From: Patescibacteria group bacterium
GTDB lineage: Bacteria > Patescibacteriota > Patescibacteriia > CAIXNZ01
Assembly: GCA_028714455.1 (NCBI GenBank)
Contig: JAQTMG010000001.1
Location: 128,568-192,567 of the forward strand
Reading direction: 5' to 3'
DNA length: 64,000 nt
In this document: piece by piece, positions 50,302 through 60,158 of the stretch
Position numbering within the stretch: position 1 is the stretch's first letter
Layout of the letters: the number at the start of each line of letters is the position of its first letter
Notes under the pieces: generated by a model
What the model saw: the letters and a program-made list of their open reading frames with translations, nothing else
Database searches by the model: none
What the model was told of the DNA's origin: nothing
Position numbers and translations under genes: made by a program

Positions 50302-51534
50302 GTGGTTCAGCATTCAACTATTATGAACTTATCACAAAGAATAAAAAATACTCCGGCATCGCCGATTCGTAAATTCGCCCCGTTGGCCGAAGCCGCCAAG
50401 AATCGGGGCATTTTTATTTATCACCTGAACATCGGTCAGCCAGACATGGAGACGCCAAAACGCATCAGAAAAACCTTCAGCCACTTTAAAGGTAAGGTAG
50501 TTTTATACGCGCCCTCGCAGGGAATTCCGGAAGTTATTTCCGCTTGGCAAAAATATTATTTAAGCCATGGGATCGGCCTGGAAAAAGAAAATATATTAGT
50601 CACCAGCGGCGGGTCGGAGGCAATATTTTTTTCACTCATGGCAATCTGCGACCCGGCTGACGAGGTGATTATTTTTGAGCCGTTTTATCCTAATTTTGCT
50701 GGTTTTAGCGCCATGGCCAACGTGAAGCTGGCGCCGGTAACTCTAAATGTGGAAAATAATTTCAGATTGCCAAGCGCGGATGAAATAAAAAAGAAAATCA
50801 CGTCCAAAACCAAAGCGATCTTGATTTGCAATCCGAATAATCCAACTGGCGCCGTTTATGCCAAAAAAGAATTGCAGGCTATCGTTAATCTGGCTTACAA
50901 AAATAATTTGTTTGTCATCTCCGATGAAGTTTATCGGGAATTTATTTATAATGGCGAAAGTCACACCTCGATTTTGGAGTTTCCGGAAATTTCTGACCGA
51001 GCCATTCTGATCGATTCAGTCTCCAAAAGATTTAATCATTGCGGCGGCCGCGTGGGAGTTTTGGTCTCCAGAAATTTAGAACTGATGCAAAATGTTTTAA
51101 AATTCGCCCAGGCACGTTTAGCCGTGCCGACTTTGGAGCAATATTCCGTGATTCCGCTTCTAAACGCGCCGAAAGAATACACGGATTCGGTTCGAGAAGA
51201 ATATCTGAAACGCCGCGACATTGTTTTTAATATTTTAAAATCTATTCCCGGCGTTGTCTGCACTTTACCGCAAGGCGCTTTTTATATTATCGCTAAATTA
51301 CCGATTGATAACAGTGAGGATTTTGTGAAATATTTGTTAAACGATTTTAATTTGAATGGCAAAACAGTGATGGTTACGCCGGCCCAAGATTTTTACGTCA
51401 CGCCAGGGCTTGGCAAAAATGAAGTTCGTATTGCTTATGTCTTGAATGAGAAAGACATAAAAGAGGCGATGGAAATTTTTAAAAAGGCGTTGGAAGAATA
51501 TGTTAAATTCCGTCGAGAGGGAAAAAATAATTAA
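50302..51534 (+). CDS. class I/II pyridoxal-phosphate-dependent aminotransferase (aspartate aminotransferase-like)
   Basis: The PLP-Lys motif SVSKRFNHCGGRVG is present. The segments LNIGQPD and NPNNPTG are also seen. Confidence 0.8.
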   Translation: MVQHSTIMNLSQRIKNTPASPIRKFAPLAEAAKNRGIFIYHLNIGQPDMETPKRIRKTFSHFKGKVVLYAPSQGIPEVISAWQKYYLSHGIGLEKENILVTSGGSEAIFFSLMAICDPADEVIIFEPFYPNFAGFSAMANVKLAPVTLNVENNFRLPSADEIKKKITSKTKAILICNPNNPTGAVYAKKELQAIVNLAYKNNLFVISDEVYREFIYNGESHTSILEFPEISDRAILIDSVSKRFNHCGGRVGVLVSRNLELMQNVLKFAQARLAVPTLEQYSVIPLLNAPKEYTDSVREEYLKRRDIVFNILKSIPGVVCTLPQGAFYIIAKLPIDNSEDFVKYLLNDFNLNGKTVMVTPAQDFYVTPGLGKNEVRIAYVLNEKDIKEAMEIFKKALEEYVKFRREGKNN

Positions 51535-52063
51535 TCTGCCAAACGCTCTTACTCTGTTGAGAATGCTGGGCGCGCCATTTTTGGTCTATGTTATTTTTTC
51601 CGACTTCAGTCATTGGTTCACGGGCGGCGTTTTTTTACTTTTTGCGCTGACCGATTTGGCAGACGGGTACATCGCCAGGAATTTCGGTTTAAGAACAAAA
51701 TTTGGCGCAAAATTTGACATGCTGGCGGATAGAATATTTTTTACCGCGGCCATTTTGGCCATAGTCGCGAGATTATTTATTTTTCCGGAAGCCGTCATCG
51801 TCAATAAGTTTTTATTCTTATTAATTTTGTCGCGGGAGATCATCGCTTTGCCGATAGTGTCTTTCATGCTTTTCGCCAGAAGTCCTTTTTTAAAAGTAAA
51901 ATGGATTGGCAAGATAACGACTTTTACCCAAGGCGCGGCCATCGCTTCATTTTTATTTGGGTTTAGTTTTACAATTTATTTGATTATAATAGCCGCCCTA
52001 GTCGGCATAATCGCTGGCCTAACTTATTGGCAAGATTCATTAAAGATATTGACAAAGAAATAA
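51500..52063 (+). CDS. CDP-alcohol phosphatidyltransferase family protein
   Basis: DLADGYIARNFGLRTKFGAKFDMLADR matches the D-G-x2-A-R...G-x3-D-x3-D motif. Multi-TM. Confidence 0.8.
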   Translation: MLNSVEREKIINLPNALTLLRMLGAPFLVYVIFSDFSHWFTGGVFLLFALTDLADGYIARNFGLRTKFGAKFDMLADRIFFTAAILAIVARLFIFPEAVIVNKFLFLLILSREIIALPIVSFMLFARSPFLKVKWIGKITTFTQGAAIASFLFGFSFTIYLIIIAALVGIIAGLTYWQDSLKILTKK

Positions 52064-52104
52064 ATTTTTGTTAAGATTCTCAATCAAGTCAAAAAGGAGG
52101 AAAA

Positions 52105-52383
52105 ATGGCCGAACGTTTTCTCGCCAAAGAAGGACTAAAGGAAGGTTTTATTCTTTTTTATGACCCGGAGGCTCAAAGCCTATTCATGCTTGATTCAAAC
52201 GATAAGAGAAGTCTGGAACATGGTAACCGCATTTTTCTTCAGCCGAGAGACAACAAGCTCTGGATTGGCAAACTTGATGACCGCGGTCTTTTCGCCATAG
52301 CCATTTTGCTAGCCGAATCACACAAGATGAAAGTCGAGGCTTACGCTGGCCAGAAAAGAGGCTACATCTTCAAGAAAAAATAG
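52105..52383 (+). CDS. hypothetical protein
   Basis: An aaaaaggagg Shine-Dalgarno sequence precedes it. Two terminator hairpins lie downstream (52390..52412 and 52428..52466). Confidence 0.5.
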   Translation: MAERFLAKEGLKEGFILFYDPEAQSLFMLDSNDKRSLEHGNRIFLQPRDNKLWIGKLDDRGLFAIAILLAESHKMKVEAYAGQKRGYIFKKK

Positions 52384-52468
52384 TCACGAGGCGCTCCATC
52401 AAAAGGAGCGCCTTTTATTTTCAAAAAGAAAAACCCCTCCGCGCCGCGGAGAGGTTTATTTTTTTACA

Positions 52469-53539
52469 CTAGATTTTGAGGCCAGTTGCTTTGCTCATCG
52501 CCTTAGCCACTTTTGGCTTGGTGATGCCTTTTTCTTTCAGCGTTTTTTCATTGACCAGCCAAAAAGCCTCGACGCCCTGGTTGACGACCATGGGCAAACC
52601 AGCCAGCGTTTGAAAGCCGTTAGCTTCGGCCATTTGTAAAAAAGGAGTTAGTTCCTTTGTCAGCACGACATCGCTTAAGACGGCATGCCTGGGAATAAGT
52701 TTCAAAGTTCTTTCTGCCAAATACTGGTTTTCGGCGATGTTTCTGGAGTCGGCTGGCAGTTTGGCCGGCGCCAAAGCATTATATTCCTCCATCTCTCCAG
52801 TCGCGCCTTTGGTGGAAACGTTAATGACCACGTCAGCATCGCCGACTTCCATGGGAATTTGGTCTTCACCGGCAAAGCGGACTTTGTCAGCACCTTTTAA
52901 TTCCATGGTCCCATTAATTCTTTCGGCCAGGGCTTGGGCTTTGGCGATAGTGCGATTTAGAATTACGATTCGCATGCCTTTTTGAGCCAAGGCAAAGGAA
53001 ATGGCGTTGCCAGTACCGCCGGCGCCCAAAATCACGGCCTTTTTCCCGTCCAATTTTAGTTTCTTTTGGCGAAAAATTTTTTCCAGGCTTTGGGCATAGC
53101 CCAAGCCGTCAGTGTTATAGCCCTTCAATCGATTTTCCGGAATTTTCACCACGACATTTATCGATTGCATCATCTTCGCCAGCGGATCTATTTCATCAAC
53201 CAATTGCCAGGCCCTGTCTTTAAAACCGACGCCTACGTCGCCGCCGATATAGCGCGGGTCGGTTTTAAAAACCTGAAAAATCTCGGTCAAGTTTTTCGGA
53301 TCGCCAAAGAGGCGCACGTTTCTAGTGGGTAACCCAAATTGTCTGTAGGCCGCGTTCCACAAAAGCGGTGTCTGGGCGGGATAATCTTCGTTGGCGAGGC
53401 CAAGACAAAAGCTGGGTAATTCCAAATTTTCGGGGTTGCCTTTAGCGTTTTTGCCGAACTCCAGGATATTATTGGCAATCAATTCTTCGGCTCTGGTCAT
53501 TTTTTTAACCTCCTTATTATTTGTTTCGAAATTTATCAT
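52469..53539 (-). CDS. aroE: shikimate/quinate dehydrogenase-like (AroE family) with an N-terminal extension
   Basis: GYNTDGLG and the AVILGAGGTGNAISFAL Rossmann motif are present. Confidence 0.65.
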   Translation of the reverse strand: MINFETNNKEVKKMTRAEELIANNILEFGKNAKGNPENLELPSFCLGLANEDYPAQTPLLWNAAYRQFGLPTRNVRLFGDPKNLTEIFQVFKTDPRYIGGDVGVGFKDRAWQLVDEIDPLAKMMQSINVVVKIPENRLKGYNTDGLGYAQSLEKIFRQKKLKLDGKKAVILGAGGTGNAISFALAQKGMRIVILNRTIAKAQALAERINGTMELKGADKVRFAGEDQIPMEVGDADVVINVSTKGATGEMEEYNALAPAKLPADSRNIAENQYLAERTLKLIPRHAVLSDVVLTKELTPFLQMAEANGFQTLAGLPMVVNQGVEAFWLVNEKTLKEKGITKPKVAKAMSKATGLKI

Positions 53540-53931
53540 AGATATTCAAAATAAACAAGGCTGACAATATCGTCGTCATTAAATTCTTTGTTATAAATCA
53601 GGGCGAGATTGTATTTAACCAGGCCTGGCTTTTGACAGTCGGGCGAGCAATCTTTCAGATCCGCTTCGCTTAATTCTTTTATCGGTTTGCTGATTATTTT
53701 ATAAATCAAAACTTTTGCCTGAAAGTCGTCAAAAACCGGCAGAATTTTTTTCTCCTCGTTGCCTGGCGTAATAATAATTTTGATAACGGCTTCTTCATTT
53801 TCATTGGCGCATTTGGGAGCGGGGCATTTTCTTGCCCCGGGGCGCAACGCGACTTTTAATTTTTTTGCTTCGATTAATTTTTTGTAAGCCAGGCGGAACC
53901 AAAGTTCGTAAGTCTTATTTTCGCTTTCCAT
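53536..53931 (-). CDS. hypothetical protein
   Basis: An ORF with the probable start MESENKTYELWF. It overlaps the aroE-like start by 4 nt. Confidence 0.4.
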   Translation of the reverse strand: MESENKTYELWFRLAYKKLIEAKKLKVALRPGARKCPAPKCANENEEAVIKIIITPGNEEKKILPVFDDFQAKVLIYKIISKPIKELSEADLKDCSPDCQKPGLVKYNLALIYNKEFNDDDIVSLVYFEYL

Positions 53932-54061
53932 CTTTTTGCTATATTTAATAACCTTAATCTTATAAGAAAATGAAATATATTTCAAGCCCAAAAATTTGCG
54001 GTTTTTTTCAATTTATTATAAACTAATCGCAGTTCTCTAAAAAAATATAAAGGAGGTGGCT

Positions 54062-54703
54062 ATGGAAGGATTTCCTCGCCTTGAAGAGAAAATTGTTTTC
54101 TTTGGTCATCTTGGCCTTCATCTTGAAGCGTGTAATCTCGATATCCTTATTGATCTTTTCGGCGAACCGCTCGAGGATTACAGTTACATTGAAACTAATC
54201 CACGAGTTAGAATTTTGAGATTTAATCACGCGCTGGGAACCATTTATGCCTACGTTGTCTTTACCGATTTGGATTTTTCTAACCCCAAAAAGCGGCCGGT
54301 GCTTTTTCCGGATCGAGACGACAGAAAAGTAGACCGGGGATTTTTAGTTGAATTGCACCTTGAGCTAATAAGCCCCGAACTGCTGCGGGTGTTGGGTGAT
54401 CCAGTCTCGATTATTAATAACAAACCCTATCAGTTTGCCATTGTGAATAAAATCTGCCTGGCCAGAATGATTTATAAAAAATACTTTGATGCCGTTTGTT
54501 TTATTAATCCGTTGGTAATTAATGGGGTTAAGAATTCATTTATGTTCGCCAAAATCTGGCCGGTGGATGAGCAGATTAAAGATTTGAGGGAAGTGAAGAA
54601 ACAATTTGATGAAGAAGAACAGTCTGAAAAAATTGATAGAGAAAAGCGCCAGGAAAAAATCAGAAAAAGTCTTATCGAAGTTAGAAAGGGCCCCTGTAAT
54701 TAA
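54062..54703 (+). CDS. hypothetical protein
   Basis: An aaaggagg Shine-Dalgarno sequence lies 8 nt before the ATG at 54062. A terminator hairpin overlaps the stop codon (54686..54720). Confidence 0.5.
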   Translation: MEGFPRLEEKIVFFGHLGLHLEACNLDILIDLFGEPLEDYSYIETNPRVRILRFNHALGTIYAYVVFTDLDFSNPKKRPVLFPDRDDRKVDRGFLVELHLELISPELLRVLGDPVSIINNKPYQFAIVNKICLARMIYKKYFDAVCFINPLVINGVKNSFMFAKIWPVDEQIKDLREVKKQFDEEEQSEKIDREKRQEKIRKSLIEVRKGPCN

Positions 54704-54840
54704 GGGCCCTTTTTCTTTTAACTTTGAAAAAATAATAATTTTTGAATATAGATAAAAGTTTTAAAGTGAAAGGTTTATAAAGTTGATGGTAAAAGTTATA
54801 ATATTTTAGCTAAAATTAGCAAATTGATTTGGTTTAGTGA

Positions 54841-54869
54841 TTGACAAAAATGTTAAAATCTACTAAAAT
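54841..54869 (+). promoter_or_regulatory. sigma70-like promoter TTGACA-17-TAAAAT
   Basis: Consensus hexamers about 50 nt upstream of the GC-atypical gene. Confidence 0.45.
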
Positions 54870-54916
54870 TAGAGCAAAATAAAGTCGGCGGACTTTAAGC
54901 GCAGGAGGAACCGTCC

Positions 54917-55618
54917 ATGAAAGATCATGGAACCGTCCCCAAAAAGGACACGACCAGGCAGGCACTGGAGTTTGGCGCGGCTGTGTTAAAACAGTTGCCG
55001 TACCTCGCGCCCGAGGACATGCAATTCTGGATCAAAAGCCAGGGCAAACTGCAGGAAGCGCTGGCTGCGGCGCTGGGTATTCCTGACCCGCGGCTGGAGT
55101 GGGAAAGATTCTATGAGGAAGTTTTCGGCATCAAAGTTGATCTATCCAATCTCGTTCTTCCCCAAAAGCAGGACGGCTTCAACTGGCTGCTCGTCATGGC
55201 CGAAGGCCTGATCCCGAATCGTCTCTTTGACAAGTTCAAAGAACGCTTCGCGACCTACCGCTACTACGACGACCTGAACACCATCACCTCTGTCCGCAAA
55301 ACTGACAAGACCTATGCCATCTGGTTGCGCGACCGAATTGAAGCCGACGAGGAAAACAAAAACCTCTCCGCTAACAAATGCAAGGAGCTCAACATCAACG
55401 GCGTCACCCTGGAAGAGCGCCTTTTGCTGGAGCTTTTTTACCACTGGCGGACCAATAAGCATTTGGACATCAACAATGTGACGCTCTGTTCGGGTTCCCG
55501 CTATTCCGATGGCCATGTGCCGTGCGTGCGCTGGGGCGATGTCAGGGTGTTCGTCGGCTTCTGCGGCCCTGGCAGTGCCGATGGCGTTCTGCGCGTCCGT
55601 TCCGCAGTTTCTTTGTAA
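54917..55618 (+). CDS. hypothetical protein, GC- and codon-atypical (likely horizontally acquired)
   Basis: GC is about 55% with C/G-ending codons (ctg, ggc, cgc), against the roughly 38% host background. A gcaggagg Shine-Dalgarno sequence and a strong terminator at 55647..55687 are present. Confidence 0.6.
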   Translation: MKDHGTVPKKDTTRQALEFGAAVLKQLPYLAPEDMQFWIKSQGKLQEALAAALGIPDPRLEWERFYEEVFGIKVDLSNLVLPQKQDGFNWLLVMAEGLIPNRLFDKFKERFATYRYYDDLNTITSVRKTDKTYAIWLRDRIEADEENKNLSANKCKELNINGVTLEERLLLELFYHWRTNKHLDINNVTLCSGSRYSDGHVPCVRWGDVRVFVGFCGPGSADGVLRVRSAVSL

Positions 55619-55699
55619 ACTTTAACTTTGTTCCTTGTATCCTTAACCCCGCACCTTTTCTCTGAAAAGGTGCGGGGTTTTTCTTTTATAAAAGTTATT

Positions 55700-55830
55700 T
55701 GGGCGAAAACCCTTCGGCGTAAAACGCCGTAGAGACGCGGTGCACCGCGTCTCTACATTATCGTCATATGATACATGACGTAGAGACGGGGTATACCCTG
55801 TCTCTACAACGACGATAATGTCTGTTTTCG
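55700..55830. repeat. nested palindromic element: gggcgaaaac...[P1 gtagagacgcggtgcaccgcgtctctac]-cattatcgtc-atatgatacat-gacg-[P2 gtagagacggggtataccctgtctctac]-aacgacgataatg...gttttcgcc
   Basis: Outer inverted arms (gggcgaaaac/gttttcgcc and cattatcgtc/gacgataatg) enclose two 28-bp perfect palindromes. P1 is identical to 21425..21452. Confidence 0.7.
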
Positions 55831-55901
55831 CCATTTTAAATTATTATGGCTTGAAAAAAATGTTATTTTTGCGTAAAATTGGGTTATAACAATTTAATCT
55901 T

Positions 55902-58793
55902 ATGGAACAATATAATCACCAAGAAATTGAAGTCAAATGGCAAAAGGTTTGGGACAAGTCAGATTTGTATAAAGCCGAAGATTTTTCCAAAAAGCCCAAA
56001 TATTATTGCATGATTGAATTTCCTTACCCATCAGGCGATGGCCTGCATGTCGGTCACTGTCGTTCTTACACGGCTTTGGATATTTTAGCGCGCAAAAAAA
56101 GAATGGAAGGCAATAATGTTTTATTTCCCATCGGCTGGGATGCTTTTGGCTTGCCAGCAGAAAATTATGCCATCAAAACAGGCCAGCATCCGAAGGTTAC
56201 CACTGAAAAAAATATTGCCACTTTTAGTCGGCAGTTAAAATCATTGGGTTATTCTTTTGACTGGTCCAGGGAAATAAACACTTCGGATCCGAATTATTAC
56301 AAATGGACCCAATGGATATTTTTAAAACTTTTTGAAAAGAACTTAGCTTATAAAACCAAAATGGATATTAATTGGTGCACTAAATGTAATGTCGGTTTGG
56401 CCAATGAAGAAGTGGTTAATAATCTCTGCGAGCGATGCGGCGGCGAAGTTTATCACCGCGAAAGGGAACAGTGGATGCTGAAAATAACCGCCTACGCTGA
56501 CCGCTTGCTTGAAGATTTGGACAAAGTAAATTATTTGGAAAAAATTAAAAAACAGCAATCGGATTGGATTGGCAAAAGTTACGGCGCCCAGGTTGTTTTT
56601 AAGGTAATCAGCAAATCATCATTGCCCAAAGATAAGGATTATTTTTTACCGGTTTATACCACGCGACCCGATACGCTTTTTGGCTGCACTTATATGGTAG
56701 TGGCGCCAGAGCACGAGGTTATTCAAAAATTTGCTGACCAGATTGATAATTATGATGAAGTCTTGGATTACATTGAGCAGACCAAGAAAAAAACAGAAAT
56801 GGAAAGAACAAATTTGGAAAAAACCAAGACCGGAATTGAACTTCACGGTTTGAAAGCATCAAATCCTGTGACTAAAGAAGAAATTCCGATCTTTGCTGCC
56901 GATTATGTCTTAGCGACTTATGGCACTGGCGCGATTATGGCCGTGCCAGCGCATGATCAGCGCGATTATGATTTTGCTAAGAAATATAATCTGGAAATTA
57001 GACCCGTTATTAGTCCTGATCTGGGTAGCATAGATGCGGATAGCAAGATTAATAAAATGTTTAGCCTGGTCGATGAGATAACAGATAAATTTAAAAAAGA
57101 AAAAATTAAGATATGGTTTATCGGTACTTTTGCGGTCTCGGCCTACCGACAGAAAATGTTTGCATATCCTGCGGATATTGATTTTGGAGTATTAGAAAAA
57201 CATTTTCCGGATGCAAATAAGATTTTAGTTGGTTTGGGCTATAAATTGATAGAGGAAAAAGTTAATGAAAAATTTAAACATAATGTCTACAAAAAAGGAG
57301 ATGTTATTGTACAAGTAGGAACATTTGATAAAGATTTGGGTGACAAAGAGTTAAATTTTTGTGGTGTTAAATACCCAGTATCTGATGCCAGTTGGTTAGC
57401 TGAATGTTACAAAATTACTGCTCCAAAAGAACGACGAAAGGGGAAAAATGATTTAGAACGGGCAATATTTTTAGATATTATCGCCGGCAAAATTCCTAAT
57501 CAGGCTTGGGAAGGTGACGGCACTTTAATTAATTCGGATTTTTTAAACGGCTTAAATGTCCAACAAGCGACCGACAAAATGATTGATTGGCTGGAAGAAA
57601 GGGAATTAGGTTTTGAGACCACAAACTATCATCTGCGCGACTGGGTTTTTTCCCGCCAGAGATATTGGGGCGAGCCTATTCCGATTATAATCTGTCCAGA
57701 GTGCGGCTATGTGCCAGTGCCGGAAAAGGACTTGCCCGTTGTTTTGCCTGAAATTAAAAATTATCTTACAACCGAGAATGGCGATTCGCCGTTAGCCTTG
57801 ATTGAAGATTGGGTAAATGTAGAATGCCCGAAATGCGGCGGCGATGCCAAGCGCGAAACAGACACTATGCCGAATTGGGCCGGCTCATCCTGGTATTTTT
57901 TGCGCTATACAGATCCGCGCAATAATAAGGTCTTGGCTGATTTTAAAAAATTAAAATATTGGACGCCGGTTGACTGGTATAATGGCGGCATGGAGCACAC
58001 AACTTTGCATCTATTATATTCCAGATTCTGGCATAAATTTTTATTTGATCTCGGCGTGGTGCCGACTCCCGAACCTTACGCCAAGAGAACTTCGCACGGC
58101 TTAATTTTAGGCGAGGATGGCGAAAAAATGTCCAAGTCGCGCGGCAACGTGGTTAATCCCGATGACGTAGTCGGCCAAGTCGGCGCCGATACTTTCAGAG
58201 TTTATGAAATGTTTATGGGACCGTTTGATCAGCCGACGCCCTGGAGCACGCAGGGAGTTACTGGCGTACGCAGATTTATGGAAAAAGTTTGGCAGATTGG
58301 CAATAATTTAGACGATAAAAAAAGAACTGGCAATGATGATTTAGTGAGACTGTTAAACAAAACCATCAAACAGGTGACAGAGCAGATTGAAACCCTGGAT
58401 TTAAACACTTGCATTTCAGCCATGATGATTTTAGTCAATAAATTTCAGGCCGAAGGCTGCGACAAAAAAATGTTTGAAGATTTTTTAAAAATATTATCGC
58501 CATTCGCGCCGCATCTTGGCGAAGAGTTGTGGCAAAAATTGGGCCACAAGAAATCAATATTTTTGGAAAAGTGGCCGGCATTTGATTCCAAATTAATAAA
58601 AGATGAAGCCATAGAAATCCCAGTGCAGATTAATGGCAAGGTTCGAGCTAAAATTTTTATCACGGCCGACGAGAGCGAGGGAGAAATAAAAAAGAAGGCG
58701 CTGACAGATGAAAACGTCAAGAAATATTTGAATGGCGGCGAAGCCAAAAAAATTATTTACGTCAAAGGAAAAATAATTAACATAGTTATCTAA
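55902..58793 (+). CDS. leuS: leucine--tRNA ligase, with an atypical inserted segment of about 145 aa
   Basis: The HIGH-type motif HVGHCRSY, the CP1 editing domain (TTRPDT), LRDWVFSRQRYWGEPIP and KMSKS are present. The 963-aa length exceeds typical bacterial LeuS. Confidence 0.9.
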   Translation: MEQYNHQEIEVKWQKVWDKSDLYKAEDFSKKPKYYCMIEFPYPSGDGLHVGHCRSYTALDILARKKRMEGNNVLFPIGWDAFGLPAENYAIKTGQHPKVTTEKNIATFSRQLKSLGYSFDWSREINTSDPNYYKWTQWIFLKLFEKNLAYKTKMDINWCTKCNVGLANEEVVNNLCERCGGEVYHREREQWMLKITAYADRLLEDLDKVNYLEKIKKQQSDWIGKSYGAQVVFKVISKSSLPKDKDYFLPVYTTRPDTLFGCTYMVVAPEHEVIQKFADQIDNYDEVLDYIEQTKKKTEMERTNLEKTKTGIELHGLKASNPVTKEEIPIFAADYVLATYGTGAIMAVPAHDQRDYDFAKKYNLEIRPVISPDLGSIDADSKINKMFSLVDEITDKFKKEKIKIWFIGTFAVSAYRQKMFAYPADIDFGVLEKHFPDANKILVGLGYKLIEEKVNEKFKHNVYKKGDVIVQVGTFDKDLGDKELNFCGVKYPVSDASWLAECYKITAPKERRKGKNDLERAIFLDIIAGKIPNQAWEGDGTLINSDFLNGLNVQQATDKMIDWLEERELGFETTNYHLRDWVFSRQRYWGEPIPIIICPECGYVPVPEKDLPVVLPEIKNYLTTENGDSPLALIEDWVNVECPKCGGDAKRETDTMPNWAGSSWYFLRYTDPRNNKVLADFKKLKYWTPVDWYNGGMEHTTLHLLYSRFWHKFLFDLGVVPTPEPYAKRTSHGLILGEDGEKMSKSRGNVVNPDDVVGQVGADTFRVYEMFMGPFDQPTPWSTQGVTGVRRFMEKVWQIGNNLDDKKRTGNDDLVRLLNKTIKQVTEQIETLDLNTCISAMMILVNKFQAEGCDKKMFEDFLKILSPFAPHLGEELWQKLGHKKSIFLEKWPAFDSKLIKDEAIEIPVQINGKVRAKIFITADESEGEIKKKALTDENVKKYLNGGEAKKIIYVKGKIINIVI

Positions 58794-59321
58794 ATGGACA
58801 CAATGGCTTTATACGGGTTGATTCGCGCGGTGCCAGATTTTCCCAAAAAGGGAACTAAATTTTTTGATATTACGCCGGCTCTGGAAAATAATGAGTCATT
58901 TCAATTCATAATTAAAGAACTGGCGCTGCCTTACGAAGGCGAGGTGGTTGATAAAGTGGTCGGTATTGACGCTCGCGGTTTTTTGCTAGCCGCGCCCCTG
59001 GCTTTTTATTTGGGTTGCGGTCTGGCCATTGTCAGAAAAAAAGGCAAATTGCCGCACAGCACTTTTAGTCAGGAATATGAATTTGAATATGGTTCGGACA
59101 CGATTGAGATGCACAAAGACGCGATCGCGGAGGGAGAAAAAGTGATTATCGTTGATGATATCTTGGCCACCGGCGGCACCATGAGAGCGACAGTTGATTT
59201 GGTACATCAGTTTAACGCCGAAATCATTGGCATCAGTTTTTTGGCCGAACTAAGCTTTTTGCACGGCAAACAGCACATTGAACATTATCCCGTTTATTCG
59301 CTTTTAACCTTTGATGAATAA
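58794..59321 (+). CDS. apt: adenine phosphoribosyltransferase
   Basis: The PRPP-binding motif VIIVDDILATGGTMRA is present. The product is 175 aa. Confidence 0.85.
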   Translation: MDTMALYGLIRAVPDFPKKGTKFFDITPALENNESFQFIIKELALPYEGEVVDKVVGIDARGFLLAAPLAFYLGCGLAIVRKKGKLPHSTFSQEYEFEYGSDTIEMHKDAIAEGEKVIIVDDILATGGTMRATVDLVHQFNAEIIGISFLAELSFLHGKQHIEHYPVYSLLTFDE

Positions 59322-60030
59322 TATGAGCAGAGCCCTGGTTGTTATACCCACATATAATGAGAGAGAAAATATAGGCCGCCTGATTAAAGAAATTTTTAGT
59401 CAGAATTTACCATTAGATATTCTGGTGGTGGATGACAATTCGCCCGATGGCACGGGAAATTTAGTCGAGGAAATGAAAAAAACTGAACCTCGACTTTTTA
59501 TTTTACATAGAAATAAAAAAGAGGGAATCGGCCGCGCTTATTTGGAAGGTTTTAAATGGGCGCTGTCAAAAAATTATGAATATATTCTAGAGATGGACGC
59601 GGATTTTTCTCACGACCCCAGAGAGCTAGGCTCACTTTTGGAATCAGCCAGAGAAAATGATTTGGTTTTGGGGTCAAGGTATATAAAAGGAGGAAAAATT
59701 ATCGGCTGGTCTTGGCCGCGGAGGACGGTAAGTTATTTTGGTTCACTTTACGCGAGAATAATTCTGGGACTCGGTATTCACGATTTGACCGGCGGATTCA
59801 AGTGTTTCAAGAGAATCGTGCTTGAAACGATTGATTTAGATAAAGTTAAATCAAATGGTTTTGTTTTTCAAATCGAGATGACTTACTTGGCTAAAAAGAA
59901 TGGTTTTAAAATTAAAGAGGTGCCGATAACTTTTAGAGATAGAACAGCCGGCCACTCAAAATTTGATAAGAAAATTTTTTTCGAGGCCTTAAGAAATGTC
60001 TGGCTGCTAAGATTTGGCCGAGCGAAATAA
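59311..60030 (+). CDS. GT2-family glycosyltransferase (polyprenyl-phosphate sugar transferase, DPM1-like)
   Basis: ALVVIPTYNEREN, VVDDNSPDGT and the DAD motif are present. Confidence 0.8.
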   Translation: MMNNMSRALVVIPTYNERENIGRLIKEIFSQNLPLDILVVDDNSPDGTGNLVEEMKKTEPRLFILHRNKKEGIGRAYLEGFKWALSKNYEYILEMDADFSHDPRELGSLLESARENDLVLGSRYIKGGKIIGWSWPRRTVSYFGSLYARIILGLGIHDLTGGFKCFKRIVLETIDLDKVKSNGFVFQIEMTYLAKKNGFKIKEVPITFRDRTAGHSKFDKKIFFEALRNVWLLRFGRAK

Positions 60031-60158
60031 ATATTTGCCCGAGCACAGTTCACTTGATATAATTAAATCGCAAATAATTTTTGAGGGCCGGAAAAGCGCC
60101 CAAGTTTTTTGATTAAAAATTTATTTAGTTTATATATTTTTTATTAATTTTTTTCAAT

